The notes under the pieces were generated by a model, which saw nothing but the letters and a program-made list of their open reading frames with translations, had not been told where the DNA came from and ran no database searches. The position numbers and the translations under genes were made by a program. DNA of 64,000 bases from a virus. The stretch lies in the IMG/VR virus record IMGVR_UViG_3300042563_002756; one strand, given 5' to 3'. Shown here piece after piece: positions 29,417 to 39,691 of this stretch (the stretch's first letter is position 1; the number at the start of each line of letters is the position of its first letter).

Positions 29417-30250
29417 TTATTTAGGTTCAGTCAAGCGTAGTATTAGATTTTTCTTAACTGCGGAGTCCAAAACATTCATTTGCACACCTTGTTGTTCTGC
29501 GTATTTTAATAGAGCAGAAGTATCTTTTGGAAAGCACATACCACCAAATCCGAACTCGCCGTCGGGTCCTGGCACTTTCATATGACTATTGCCAATACGA
29601 CTATCCATTGTAATCATACTGGCAATCTTATTATAATCTTGCCCTGTTTTAGTAGCAAGGGCATATAACTCATTCATAAACGTAACCTTAGTCGATAGGA
29701 ATGAATTGATAGCATATTTGCTCAGTGCGGCTTCTTGGATAGTGCAATGCTGTACCTGTTCTAATGCAGTTTGCCCAAGCCGAATAATGCGTTCTGCATC
29801 ACGCTGATATGCACCTACGCTACCGCCGATAATGGCAAACTTGCCATTTATATAATCTCTCTCAGCATTGGCAGCAGTTAGAAACTCCGGAGCATGAACT
29901 AGATTAGGGTACTGATCATTTAGAGTTTGGTACACACTAGGTGGTGCAGTACACTTACTGATAATAACGCCTTTGTAATCTTTAAGTTTTTCTAAGACGT
30001 ACTCTAATATACTGGCATCGCATTTGCCATCGTCTCCCATTGGAGTAGGTACGCAGACAAACACGCCTTCGCAGTCGGCGAGATCTTTAAATGTGTGTGA
30101 ACCTTTTGTTGTATCTTTATCAACTAGTATAAGGTCAGTTGAGATTTCCATTGATCTAGCAATGGCACTGCCTACAAATCCTAGGCCCACAATGCCTATT
30201 TTTGGGTTATTTGAAAAAGGGAAATTCATAATATATGTATTTAATGTCAT
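29417..30250 (-). CDS. UDP-glucose/GDP-mannose dehydrogenase-family protein, short form (277 aa) lacking the C-terminal UDP-binding domain
   Basis: N-terminal Rossmann IGIVGLGFVGSA; catalytic GFGGMCFPKD Cys motif; ends ~50 aa after it. Confidence 0.65.
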   Translation of the reverse strand: MTLNTYIMNFPFSNNPKIGIVGLGFVGSAIARSMEISTDLILVDKDTTKGSHTFKDLADCEGVFVCVPTPMGDDGKCDASILEYVLEKLKDYKGVIISKCTAPPSVYQTLNDQYPNLVHAPEFLTAANAERDYINGKFAIIGGSVGAYQRDAERIIRLGQTALEQVQHCTIQEAALSKYAINSFLSTKVTFMNELYALATKTGQDYNKIASMITMDSRIGNSHMKVPGPDGEFGFGGMCFPKDTSALLKYAEQQGVQMNVLDSAVKKNLILRLTEPK

Positions 30251-30474
30251 TCACTGAGCCCCATAAAAATAAGTTCACGCTCTGTAACATTGGCAACAGG
30301 TTTGAGCCAACCGTGACGAATACATTCATTGATAATCATCTTGTATTCTTTTGGACAACTTTGATTGATCTCAAATCCTGCTCGAGGTGCCTGCATCAAT
30401 CCGTCGTAGATTACGAATTTAGGATCGCTCTGTTTGAGAGTGCGTATTTGACTTTTGTATAGAGTGTATGTCAT
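30247..30474 (-). CDS. hypothetical protein (75 aa)
   Basis: ORF. Confidence 0.4.
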   Translation of the reverse strand: MTYTLYKSQIRTLKQSDPKFVIYDGLMQAPRAGFEINQSCPKEYKMIINECIRHGWLKPVANVTERELIFMGLSE

Positions 30475-30505
30475 ACTGCCAGTATAGCAGTATTAACATT
30501 GCATG

Positions 30506-31240
30506 TCAACGGTCTATCCAGTCTTTATTACGGTAAGGTTTACCAATGGCTGCTTGCGGTAGATATCGAACTACTTTCTTTTTTAATCGTTGGATAATGG
30601 GATGGTTGTGATCGTGTTGGAATGCTCTTAAATACATTCTCCAACTGTTGTGACGTCGTCTGATGCCTTTTTGGTTTTCACTTAGGTAGTCGACGATTTG
30701 GTCCACATCACCTTTAAATTTGTCTATTAATTCACAAGCGATATTGAATCCGTATGCATCTATTTCATCGGAACAGCCCAAATAACTCTGCTCCATTTGC
30801 ACTTCTGTTTTGTTTGCAGTGCTGGCATAATCTGGAATAATTTTAAATTTACGCCTACGATACTGCCTCATGTGTATCAATTCGTGTAGTAGGGTGTCTG
30901 CTACTGTATAACACATTCCCTTGTAGCGTTTTTTAGTTATGCATATATGCTCGTCAAACAACGAATAAACAAATATTATCTCTACAGCCTTCTTTTTATC
31001 TTGGTCCCACTCACTATAATATGTTCCGCCCACCCAAACTTGATTGGATTCTACTTTAAAATTAGTACTTCGTTTAAACCTAACTGGCGCTAATTTTTTT
31101 AAATGATTGGTAATTTTGCTGTGGAATTTTTCTATAGTAAGCTGTTGCCCGACTAATTCCGGATAAAGAGAGTACAGGAAACCTGCAATAGTTTCTCGAT
31201 CTAGCATAGACCAATTAAATCGTACTCTTGGTGTAGTCAT
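30506..31240 (-). CDS. HExxH zinc-metallopeptidase-like protein (SprT/ImmA-like fold suspected)
   Basis: LLHELIHM HExxH motif; 244 aa; last gene before AT-rich island. Confidence 0.4.
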   Translation of the reverse strand: MTTPRVRFNWSMLDRETIAGFLYSLYPELVGQQLTIEKFHSKITNHLKKLAPVRFKRSTNFKVESNQVWVGGTYYSEWDQDKKKAVEIIFVYSLFDEHICITKKRYKGMCYTVADTLLHELIHMRQYRRRKFKIIPDYASTANKTEVQMEQSYLGCSDEIDAYGFNIACELIDKFKGDVDQIVDYLSENQKGIRRRHNSWRMYLRAFQHDHNHPIIQRLKKKVVRYLPQAAIGKPYRNKDWIDR

Positions 31241-31398
31241 ATTTCACCTTGTGATATATTTAGTTATCACTATCTGCTTTTCCTCAGTATTGTAGCTTAG
31301 TATTGTTTAGGGATACGGTCTAATAATTATTAACGGCATAAATTTTCCTTAATATATAGTAGCATTAAATACAATGCAGTACATTTATAGAGGACACT

Positions 31399-32310
31399 AT
31401 GCGATTTATTTTTTTTACAATTTTAATTTTTATCACTTCTATAGCTAATTCTACAGAACTAATTTGGATAAACTCACCTTATAGTGCAGGTCACAGCGGG
31501 CACAATTCTTTAGAAAAAGTACTTACAAAAGCTAACTCATCTCAACAAGACTATATTTTTAAAATTCAAATAAAACCTGGCGGCCAGGGAATAGTTGCAT
31601 TAAAAGAAACGGATATAAATCCGTCGTCTGCTCTAGCAATTGTACATGCTGCATTTGTTGACAATGTTGAGAAAAATTTAATTAAAAGAAATGATTATGT
31701 TGCTATCCACGGTATGGGAGATGCATGTTGGGCTGTTGTATCGTCAAACGGAATACAATCTGTTGGTGTTTCGAGTCTGCAACACACGTCCGAAATCGTA
31801 GTCGGAACAGTGGGAATTGGAAATGCTACTCATCTTACAGCATTAGAAATTGGTAGAAAATATAATATTCCAGTTAGATTAGTTCCATTTAAATCAAACT
31901 TCGATGCATTTGTCAATCTTGCAGGAAATAATGGAGTTAATTTTACTATAGAACGACTATCCACAGTTCAAAATTTTAAACAAAAGAATTCGAATATTAA
32001 AATTTTAGGACTTAGTTGTACGACAAGATCTCTCTACGAACCATCTATAAAAACTTTATCTGAACAGGGTATAAATGTTCCGTCAGTGTTTAATGTGATT
32101 GTTTCGAATAGACAAATGAGCGAAGCAAAACGAAAAACTATAGGAAGAATTTTAGACAAATCTACTAAAATAGTAGGCAATGATGAGATAATGAAACTTA
32201 GTGATATGAGAAGTCCAGTGTTTGACTCAATTAATGCTGAAGATTTTTTTAATGATAGGATTAATTCTATTTCAAATATTAGAAAACGCCATTCTCAGGC
32301 AATACAATAA
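31399..32310 (+). CDS. TctC/Bug-family periplasmic solute-binding protein-like, divergent (signal peptide)
   Basis: signal peptide; blocks NSPYSAGHSGHNSL, IKPGGQGIVA, VGTVGIGNATHLTALEI, RLVPFKSNFDAFVNL align to TctC conserved blocks. Confidence 0.55.
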   Translation: MRFIFFTILIFITSIANSTELIWINSPYSAGHSGHNSLEKVLTKANSSQQDYIFKIQIKPGGQGIVALKETDINPSSALAIVHAAFVDNVEKNLIKRNDYVAIHGMGDACWAVVSSNGIQSVGVSSLQHTSEIVVGTVGIGNATHLTALEIGRKYNIPVRLVPFKSNFDAFVNLAGNNGVNFTIERLSTVQNFKQKNSNIKILGLSCTTRSLYEPSIKTLSEQGINVPSVFNVIVSNRQMSEAKRKTIGRILDKSTKIVGNDEIMKLSDMRSPVFDSINAEDFFNDRINSISNIRKRHSQAIQ

Positions 32311-32317
32311 CCCTCTT

Positions 32318-32692
32318 TTAAAGTATGTCTGATATGTTCCAATTACCTTCGGGCAGAATAATTTCTTGTACAGTTCCGTCTTCGCTTGATATTTCAATAA
32401 TTTTTGCACCTGCGGTAATGCCTACTAAAGCATTATACTCGTCTCGTATGATCCAAAATGGATCCATTTCCGTATCGTGATCGTATTTGTGAAATTCCTC
32501 TAAATTTTCCCATTCGGCATAATAATTTAAAGTCAATTGGTCTTCACTCACATTATGCTCCCATTTAGTGATCTTTTCTTCTCCAATGTAATAATGCCAA
32601 CGAGTTAACCACTCATCGTCTGGCTGCATTACTTCATAATGCCAGAAAATTTCTGGCATTGGCCTATTAAATACTCTTTTAAAAATTATCAT
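32318..32692 (-). CDS. hypothetical protein (124 aa)
   Basis: ORF. Confidence 0.4.
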   Translation of the reverse strand: MIIFKRVFNRPMPEIFWHYEVMQPDDEWLTRWHYYIGEEKITKWEHNVSEDQLTLNYYAEWENLEEFHKYDHDTEMDPFWIIRDEYNALVGITAGAKIIEISSEDGTVQEIILPEGNWNISDIL

Positions 32693-32728
32693 AAATTCTC
32701 CTAGAAACGGTAGTAATCAATTTTATTT

Positions 32729-33709
32729 ATGCTAAATATGAGTGGTATAAAGGAGATTGATATGACCGCCAAACTAGTTAGATGGGTGCTTGCACACGAA
32801 CCTATTGAAATTTTTATTAGAGCTGCTGAAAAATTTGCTGAGATAGTAGAAGAAAGAGCTCCAGGAAGATTAAAAATTGAAGTATTAATGCTTAGTGAAT
32901 ATGCTGAAAAATATCAAAACGGTAAAAAAATAACCAAGCATGACTTACTTGATTTGATGGATAAAGATGAAATTGAAATGAGTCAAATGTATACCTACGT
33001 CTTGAGTAAGTTTAACAAAGACCTAAATGCATTGGACATGCCATTTTTATTCAACGATCACGATCATGCAGCTAGAGTATTTGAAGGACCTATTGGTGAT
33101 CAACTATTAAACGGTTATTCTAAAACTAACAGTAATATCAAAGGTTTGGCATTTACCTATAGTGGAGGATATAAGAATCTCCCGTTTAATAAAAAGATTA
33201 CTTCGTTAAGTGACTTAAAAGGTGCTAAGGTTAGAGTATCTAACAGTCCTGTATGCTTTGATACATTTAAAGCACTAGGGGCAGATCCTATTGTAATGGA
33301 TGTTGAAGAAATTACCCCTGCAATAAAAGATGGTAGAATTGATGCAGGTGAAAGCTCTTGGCCTAGAATTTACGGTTGCGATCAAAACACAGTTGCTAAA
33401 AGTATTTTTAACACAGGTCACAGTCTGTTATTAACTAATATTATTATCAACACTAAATTCTTTAATAGTTTAGATTACGAGATGCAGAATCTATTAAAGG
33501 AAGCAGCAGTAGAAGCTGGCCGATTCGAAAGAAAAATCAGTGTAGATGATGTTAGTCCTACAATTGATAAAGCACGAGCAGACGGAATCGAAGTAGTTGA
33601 TTTATCTCAGAAAGATCTAGAAACGTTTAAAGAGTTATCAAAAGAAATTTATTCAAAGTACGAAAATTTCTTCAGTAAAGGCTTGTTAGACAATATTAAG
33701 AAACACTAA
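32729..33709 (+). CDS. DctP-family TRAP-type solute-binding protein homolog lacking a signal peptide
   Basis: MPFLFNDHDHAARVFEGPIGDQLL, KGLAFTYSGGYKNL, LKGAKVRVSNSPVCFDTFKALGADPIVMDV match DctP blocks; no N-terminal signal sequence. Confidence 0.7.
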   Translation: MLNMSGIKEIDMTAKLVRWVLAHEPIEIFIRAAEKFAEIVEERAPGRLKIEVLMLSEYAEKYQNGKKITKHDLLDLMDKDEIEMSQMYTYVLSKFNKDLNALDMPFLFNDHDHAARVFEGPIGDQLLNGYSKTNSNIKGLAFTYSGGYKNLPFNKKITSLSDLKGAKVRVSNSPVCFDTFKALGADPIVMDVEEITPAIKDGRIDAGESSWPRIYGCDQNTVAKSIFNTGHSLLLTNIIINTKFFNSLDYEMQNLLKEAAVEAGRFERKISVDDVSPTIDKARADGIEVVDLSQKDLETFKELSKEIYSKYENFFSKGLLDNIKKH

Positions 33710-35013
33710 ACCCAATCTATTTTATAGTTCTTCAACCCGGCTTCAAAGTAACATTTGACTTCGGGTTGATCTATTTTTAAAACTCGATAATTTTCGTCCA
33801 GCGCCCATCTAGTATCTAGATCCTTCCAATTTTGTTTGTATACTCGAGCAATAATTACTGGCATAGATGGCATTTTTATTTTATTAAAAAAATAAAAATC
33901 GTTTTTATCAAATTTGTGCAGATAACATTTTGATGCCCACTTGTATGTACTTTGTGTAATGCCTTTAAGTTTTTCCCCGTTATTGTTATTATGCATACTC
34001 CATTGTTGATAATCTAAAGAACCGAACCAGCTTATTATGTCTTCAGTTAATATTGATTTAAAATTATCGTTAAGTCCGTAAACCATTGCAGGACGAACTG
34101 CACCCCAAACAAATCTAGGATTAAACATTGACCACCAGAAGAAATCATGCAAACTGTAAATCGGTACATTGACACTTTTTATATTGTTGTGTATTTTTTC
34201 ATAAAATAAATGTCCAAAATTTGCATCGTGAGAATTTTCAGAACTTATATTTTGTGGAACGTAGGGTATAGTTTTTAAAGAGTTTATGCCTCTCTTTAAT
34301 GCAGTATTAAAATAATATATTAAAATATCTCGATACTCAGAATAGTGCGTGTTTGAATCACTTACCTTGTTGTAAAGATGACTGAGATTTTTTCTACCGG
34401 CAGTCTGCATAGTTTCTTCAAGGTATTTCATTTGAGGATACAGTTTAACCCCCAATTCTGTTCCGTAAATGAAATCACCTAGATCAGCTGATATACAAAA
34501 ATGTTGTTTATTTTTTATAAAATCACTATAAAAATTTTTAGAAGAATCGATAATTTTAAATTTACCTTCGATGTGATTTGTATAGAAATATGGATTTTCT
34601 ATAATAGAATCAGCACTCATTGAAATTATTATTTTTTCTAAATATTCTTGTCCTAGATTTTTTATTAACGAGGCCATTACAACAGTACTGTCTATTCCTC
34701 CAGAATAAAATACAACACAGTTTTTACCTGTTTGATCGATAATATTTTTTATATCCATTGCCCTGCGGTCTGTTACTTCTTCAAATGATAGATTGAACTT
34801 TAAATCAAAAAGTGGAATCTCCCATCCGGACGGTACTACCGTATCCCAAGGATCACTCCATTCTCCGGCTCTTGACAAATATGCAGCGGGTGGATTTGCT
34901 CTTGCAATATTACAATAAAATCTTCCTCCTTCGTCGAGCTCGTCAAAAAATTTAGACAGAGTTGTTGCAACGCTGTAAGAATTAACCGAAGTGCTTTTAT
35001 ATAGTAGTTTCAT
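33706..35013 (-). CDS. PP-loop ATP-pyrophosphatase-family protein, paralog 1 (435 aa)
   Basis: SGGIDS PP-loop (VVFYSGGIDSTVV); paralogous to 35611, 40604, 42724. Confidence 0.65.
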   Translation of the reverse strand: MKLLYKSTSVNSYSVATTLSKFFDELDEGGRFYCNIARANPPAAYLSRAGEWSDPWDTVVPSGWEIPLFDLKFNLSFEEVTDRRAMDIKNIIDQTGKNCVVFYSGGIDSTVVMASLIKNLGQEYLEKIIISMSADSIIENPYFYTNHIEGKFKIIDSSKNFYSDFIKNKQHFCISADLGDFIYGTELGVKLYPQMKYLEETMQTAGRKNLSHLYNKVSDSNTHYSEYRDILIYYFNTALKRGINSLKTIPYVPQNISSENSHDANFGHLFYEKIHNNIKSVNVPIYSLHDFFWWSMFNPRFVWGAVRPAMVYGLNDNFKSILTEDIISWFGSLDYQQWSMHNNNNGEKLKGITQSTYKWASKCYLHKFDKNDFYFFNKIKMPSMPVIIARVYKQNWKDLDTRWALDENYRVLKIDQPEVKCYFEAGLKNYKIDWV

Positions 35014-35599
35014 ATTTTCTTAAATAGTTGTAGAAAGTTTGCCTATATGAATATAATGATGAACTCATATTGGTGTTTTCTTTGAAAATTTTTGATATTT
35101 TTTCTAAAGCCTCTTGCCTAGATGAAGAAAAATATAAAATATGATCTATATGCCAGAGAAAAGGTTTAGCCAGGCCGGTGTCGTCGGATAATGTTGATAG
35201 TGAAATATCATCGCTAACTAAGGATAATATATATTTTTGATCGCTAGAGTTTAAACTTGCATCAGTTAGTCTAGAAGACAACACAACATTATATGCAAAA
35301 TTGCAATAATTCTGATATTCTAAAAAAACATTCTGAGGAATATCCGGTGATCGTTCTCGAGTATCAAAAAGTTGATCTTCGATATGTTTTATTCGAGGAA
35401 TTGGTTTATCAAGCATTGCAATACTAGGATCTTTTATACCCCATGTGCTGCAATTATCATTATTGATACTGTTATTATTAAATTCAAATAAAGACAATAA
35501 AAATTTGGATGAAAGAATTTTACCAGTTTGTAAAGATATCCATCTGTCGTCTTTAACGAGTAGAAATCTTTCTAAGTTGTTTGAGTATATACCGATCAT
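34997..35599 (-). CDS. hypothetical protein (200 aa)
   Basis: ORF in island operon. Confidence 0.4.
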   Translation of the reverse strand: MIGIYSNNLERFLLVKDDRWISLQTGKILSSKFLLSLFEFNNNSINNDNCSTWGIKDPSIAMLDKPIPRIKHIEDQLFDTRERSPDIPQNVFLEYQNYCNFAYNVVLSSRLTDASLNSSDQKYILSLVSDDISLSTLSDDTGLAKPFLWHIDHILYFSSSRQEALEKISKIFKENTNMSSSLYSYRQTFYNYLRKYETTI

Positions 35600-35610
35600 C
35601 GCAATATTTA

Positions 35611-36495
35611 TTATAGTAAGTTTTTAGGTATTCTAAGTGTGGTTCCTATATAAGGGCTCCAATTAGCACTAGCTGTTTTTTGTAGGTGGTCCATGATTTT
35701 TGTTGCAACATCTGGATTTTTACCAAATACAAAGTTATCAGTTTTTTTCTTATAAACAGATTGATGATGATAATCGGGAAATATTATGCTCGACTTTGGT
35801 TCATAAAAAAATTTGAAATTAGTTCTTAATCTTGGATCTTTTAAAATATGATACCAAGTATTAAAATTTCTACTATAAAAATTACCTTCTCCTTGTTTAT
35901 TATAATGAGTTAAACATTGATTGTATAAAATTTCTGAGAGGTGCAAAGGTATGTAGATGTATTGATTATCAAAATCTTTAACCGAATTATTATAAATTGT
36001 AAGATATTTGTTGACATTATTTTTTTCTATATCCCCTTCTCCCATTATGATATAAAACTCTTTTGGTATAAATTTAGTTAGTATTGCACCTACCACATAT
36101 CCCGGAAACATAACAGGACAAATTTGAAATATTTCGTCGATAATATAATCAAAGATGTCATTAACTGTGATTTCGAAAATGTTAAGTTTTGTGTTGTGGT
36201 ACTGAGAAATTAATTTTGCTCCTTCGAGCATATTGTCATTTATATTTCGAATATGGAGGAAAAAATATTCGCAAGGAACTTTTAGTTTATATAAAGAATT
36301 AGCAATTAATTCACTATCTATACCCGAAAGGCACAATCCTATTTGATTGATGTTTTTTAATTTAGCATCATTATATAAGTCTGTAACTGATAAATCAATA
36401 GCCTCGAGGTAGTTGTTTGTAATAATTGGATCAAACTCGTTAACTGTATAAGTAAATTGACACGTTAATTTATTAAAATTAAAATTTCGTTTCAT
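35611..36495 (-). CDS. PP-loop-like paralog 2 with degenerate motif (294 aa)
   Basis: LCLSGIDSELI (SG-DS with one Gly lost); same fold family as neighbours. Confidence 0.5.
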   Translation of the reverse strand: MKRNFNFNKLTCQFTYTVNEFDPIITNNYLEAIDLSVTDLYNDAKLKNINQIGLCLSGIDSELIANSLYKLKVPCEYFFLHIRNINDNMLEGAKLISQYHNTKLNIFEITVNDIFDYIIDEIFQICPVMFPGYVVGAILTKFIPKEFYIIMGEGDIEKNNVNKYLTIYNNSVKDFDNQYIYIPLHLSEILYNQCLTHYNKQGEGNFYSRNFNTWYHILKDPRLRTNFKFFYEPKSSIIFPDYHHQSVYKKKTDNFVFGKNPDVATKIMDHLQKTASANWSPYIGTTLRIPKNLL

Positions 36496-36745
36496 AATAA
36501 TTAATAACTCTTTGTTTTTTTTCTTTTAATTCTGCACTAATTTCATTTTCTAATAAAATTTCCAATCCCCTTGAGCTCAACGTAAGATGGTATTCGATAA
36601 TATTTTTATTGTTAACAACTTTAAAAAACTCACTGGTTTCTTTTATTTCAATTATAATGTTGTCGTCTGAGACAGTTATATATTCATTTATTATATAACA
36701 GATAAGACCAGTCGCCTTATCTATAATTGCAAATTTTTTAATCAT
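36479..36745 (-). CDS. hypothetical small protein (88 aa)
   Basis: ORF. Confidence 0.35.
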   Translation of the reverse strand: MIKKFAIIDKATGLICYIINEYITVSDDNIIIEIKETSEFFKVVNNKNIIEYHLTLSSRGLEILLENEISAELKEKKQRVINYYETKF

Positions 36746-36756
36746 ATAAATACCTT

Positions 36757-38091
36757 ATGTATAATTTGTGTTCTGTAATTAACTATCAAAATTTAAATAA
36801 ACTTGCAATATCTAACGGAGCACAGTCATTAACATATAAAGAATTAAACAGTTTAGTTGGAAACTATGCCCACTATCTTAGTAGTATCGATCTAAAAAAT
36901 AAAAAAATATTTCTTGATATATCTAACCCTGTTGAATTTATTGCTGCTTATCTAGGAGTGTTAAAGTCAGGTAATATCAGTGTCCTTGTTAATAATAATT
37001 TATCAAAAGAAAAGAAAAAGCAAGTACTTTCTGATTTAGATATAGACTATAGGTTGTCTTCTAAAATATTTCAAGAGATTAACGATATACCAATTGTTGA
37101 AAGAAATGGTAGAGATCCATGCACTATTTTATTCACTTCTGGATCAATCAAATCTAAAGGAGTAATTGTACCCCATAATTTAAAAATTAATGTAGAAAGA
37201 ACTGTAAGTCCTCGAGGAACTAAAAGTTTAAAATTAATCAGTAGTCCCTTGTACCATTTAAACGGTTTATTTAATTGTTTATTAAGTTTAGCAAATGGCG
37301 GAACATTATTTACTGCTGAGAAATTTAGTATAAATTCATTTGAGACGTTTATAGATTCATATGCCATTAATAATATCGTGTGTGTTCCGACGGTAATTAA
37401 TATGTTAAACAATAATAAAATGTTTGATACTGTAAAATTAGTTCGTCTGACAAGTGCTCCGACAAGTTATTCCACTTTTCAAAAAGCTAAAAGAATATTT
37501 CCAAATGCGACTATTAGACTAGGCTACGGTCTTACTGAAGTTGGTTCTAGTTTATTTGGAAATCATCCGTTTTTACCTACTCCGGAAACAAGTGTTGGAT
37601 ATCCGTTTGCTGATATAGAATATAGATTGATCAATAATATACTTGAAATAAATAGCCCTTCTATGTTAATTGGATACACTGATTTAGATAAATCTAAAAT
37701 TACTAAAGATGGTTTTTTTGTTACTAATGATCTATTTGAAATAGATAAAGATGGATTTTATTATTTCATAGGCCGATTTGATGATATGTTTGCATGTGGC
37801 GGAGTAAAAATTTATCCGTCAGAAATAGAAAAAATTTTAGAACAATATGAAGGTGTTGAATCTGCAACGGTAATAAAGGTACAAGACAAAATAAAAGGAT
37901 TTAAACCGTATGCTTTTGTAAAATCTCAACATAATATTTCTCAATTAGATTTAGAAAATTATGTTAGAAGCAAGATGCCGTTTAGTCATTGCCCGAGAAA
38001 AATTTGGGTTGTAAAAGATTTTCCTTATAATAGTATAGGAAAAATTGACAAATTGTCTTTAACAAAAGAAGCTGAAAAATATATATGTTAA
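36757..38091 (+). CDS. ANL-superfamily adenylate-forming enzyme (acyl-CoA ligase / stand-alone adenylation domain)
   Basis: TSGSIKSKG (A3), YGLTE (A5), GGVKIYPSEIE, terminal IGKIDK lysine (A10). Confidence 0.75.
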   Translation: MYNLCSVINYQNLNKLAISNGAQSLTYKELNSLVGNYAHYLSSIDLKNKKIFLDISNPVEFIAAYLGVLKSGNISVLVNNNLSKEKKKQVLSDLDIDYRLSSKIFQEINDIPIVERNGRDPCTILFTSGSIKSKGVIVPHNLKINVERTVSPRGTKSLKLISSPLYHLNGLFNCLLSLANGGTLFTAEKFSINSFETFIDSYAINNIVCVPTVINMLNNNKMFDTVKLVRLTSAPTSYSTFQKAKRIFPNATIRLGYGLTEVGSSLFGNHPFLPTPETSVGYPFADIEYRLINNILEINSPSMLIGYTDLDKSKITKDGFFVTNDLFEIDKDGFYYFIGRFDDMFACGGVKIYPSEIEKILEQYEGVESATVIKVQDKIKGFKPYAFVKSQHNISQLDLENYVRSKMPFSHCPRKIWVVKDFPYNSIGKIDKLSLTKEAEKYIC

Positions 38092-38822
38092 AAAATAAAA
38101 TTGTTTTGATTGCTGGCGGAATGGGACAAATAGGATTAGAAGCAGCATCTAGATTATCAAATTTAGGTGCTATTGTTATTTGTTTAACTAGACAGGACCC
38201 TACTGAAGCAACTAATATTTTAAAAAATATTTCAATAAACTGCATAGCAGTTCAGTGCGATATTAAAAATACAACTATGATAAAAGATGTTGTACAGCAT
38301 ATTAGTAAAGAATATGGAAGAATAGATGTATTGATCAACAGTGCAGGTGTTACACATGATATTAAACTAGGAAATATTGAATCGATTACAGATGAAATAC
38401 TAGATAATATTATTGATACAAATCTAAAAGGATCTTTTAAATTAATAAGAGAATGTAAAGAACTTTTAGATAACTCAAGTAGTCCGCTAATTATTAATGT
38501 GTCATCGACATCAAGTTTACGGGCAAGTCGAAGTAACCCGATTTATGCTGCTTCGAAATCAGGTATTAACATACTGACCCAAACATTAGCATTACACCTT
38601 TCTCCGAGTATTAGGGTTGTTGGAATTGCGCCCGGCTACTTAGAAAAGGCTGTAGCAGGCGCTAATAAACCCAGTGAATATAATGACAAAATAGCACAGT
38701 CGTTACCCTTAAGACGAATTGGCACAGGAAAAGATGTAGTTGATGTGATAGAAAGTATTATTACCAAGATGACATGGATGACTGGAAATACTATTGTATT
38801 GGACGGAGGAATGACCATTTGA
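38085..38822 (+). CDS. short-chain dehydrogenase/reductase (SDR)
   Basis: IAGGMGQIG cofactor motif, NSAG, YAASK catalytic Tyr/Lys. Confidence 0.8.
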   Translation: MLKNKIVLIAGGMGQIGLEAASRLSNLGAIVICLTRQDPTEATNILKNISINCIAVQCDIKNTTMIKDVVQHISKEYGRIDVLINSAGVTHDIKLGNIESITDEILDNIIDTNLKGSFKLIRECKELLDNSSSPLIINVSSTSSLRASRSNPIYAASKSGINILTQTLALHLSPSIRVVGIAPGYLEKAVAGANKPSEYNDKIAQSLPLRRIGTGKDVVDVIESIITKMTWMTGNTIVLDGGMTI

Positions 38823-39691
38823 AAACTATAATAACATGTGCAATAACCGGAGCGTCGACTAGAAAAGATCAAACTCCTTATCTGCCAATTACTCCTGTAG
38901 AAATTGCCACCTCGGCGTTAGGGGCAGCATCAGCCGGTGCTGCTATTGTCCATTTACATGTAAGAGATCCTGAGACAGGCAATCCTAGCATGAGTTTTAA
39001 ATTATATGAAGAAGTTGTTTGTTTAATTAAAGAAAAAAATGACAAAGTTTTAATAAATTTAACAACGGGACCTGGTGCTCAATGGTTTCCTACTCCTGGT
39101 AATTTAGCGCAAGGAAGTCATCATAGCCTATTGCTCGGAGCCGCTGAGAGAGTGAATCATGTTGTAAAATTACGTCCCGATTTATGTAGTATAGACTTTA
39201 ATACAATGAATCAATCTAGCAACGGTGTTAGAATCAATCATAAACTAATTATAAAAGAAATGATTAAACTGATTCAAGATGCAGGCGTAAAACCTGAGCT
39301 AGAATTATTTGACAGTGGTGATTTAGTGTTGGCCAACGAATTTTATCAAGAAGGAATAATTGAAAAAAACCCATTTTGGCAATTTGCTATGGGGATCAAA
39401 TATGGTTGGGCTGCATCAACTAATACATTGATGTATGCACAACGAGAGTTGCCTTCGAGCGCAGTATGGAGTGCATTCGGAATAGGAAAAACTGAAATGC
39501 CTATATTGGCTCAAACTTCTATATTAGGTGGGCATGTAAGAGTGGGATTAGAAGATAATATCTATACAAAAAGAGGAAGATTAGCTGAATCAAATGCAGA
39601 GCTAGTTGAAATGGCTGTTAATATTATCGAGTTGCTAGGAGGAAATGTTGCAACTCCGGAAGACGCTAGATCTCTATTATCAATTATTTAA
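38819..39691 (+). CDS. BKACE/Kce-family beta-keto acid cleavage enzyme (DUF849); probable TTG start overlapping SDR stop (ORF open from 38774)
   Basis: AITGASTRKDQTPYLPITPVEIA...IVHLHVRD and GGHVRVGLEDNIY...LAESNAELV match Kce; TTGA overlap with GGAGGAA RBS. Confidence 0.8.
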   Translation: MKTIITCAITGASTRKDQTPYLPITPVEIATSALGAASAGAAIVHLHVRDPETGNPSMSFKLYEEVVCLIKEKNDKVLINLTTGPGAQWFPTPGNLAQGSHHSLLLGAAERVNHVVKLRPDLCSIDFNTMNQSSNGVRINHKLIIKEMIKLIQDAGVKPELELFDSGDLVLANEFYQEGIIEKNPFWQFAMGIKYGWAASTNTLMYAQRELPSSAVWSAFGIGKTEMPILAQTSILGGHVRVGLEDNIYTKRGRLAESNAELVEMAVNIIELLGGNVATPEDARSLLSII

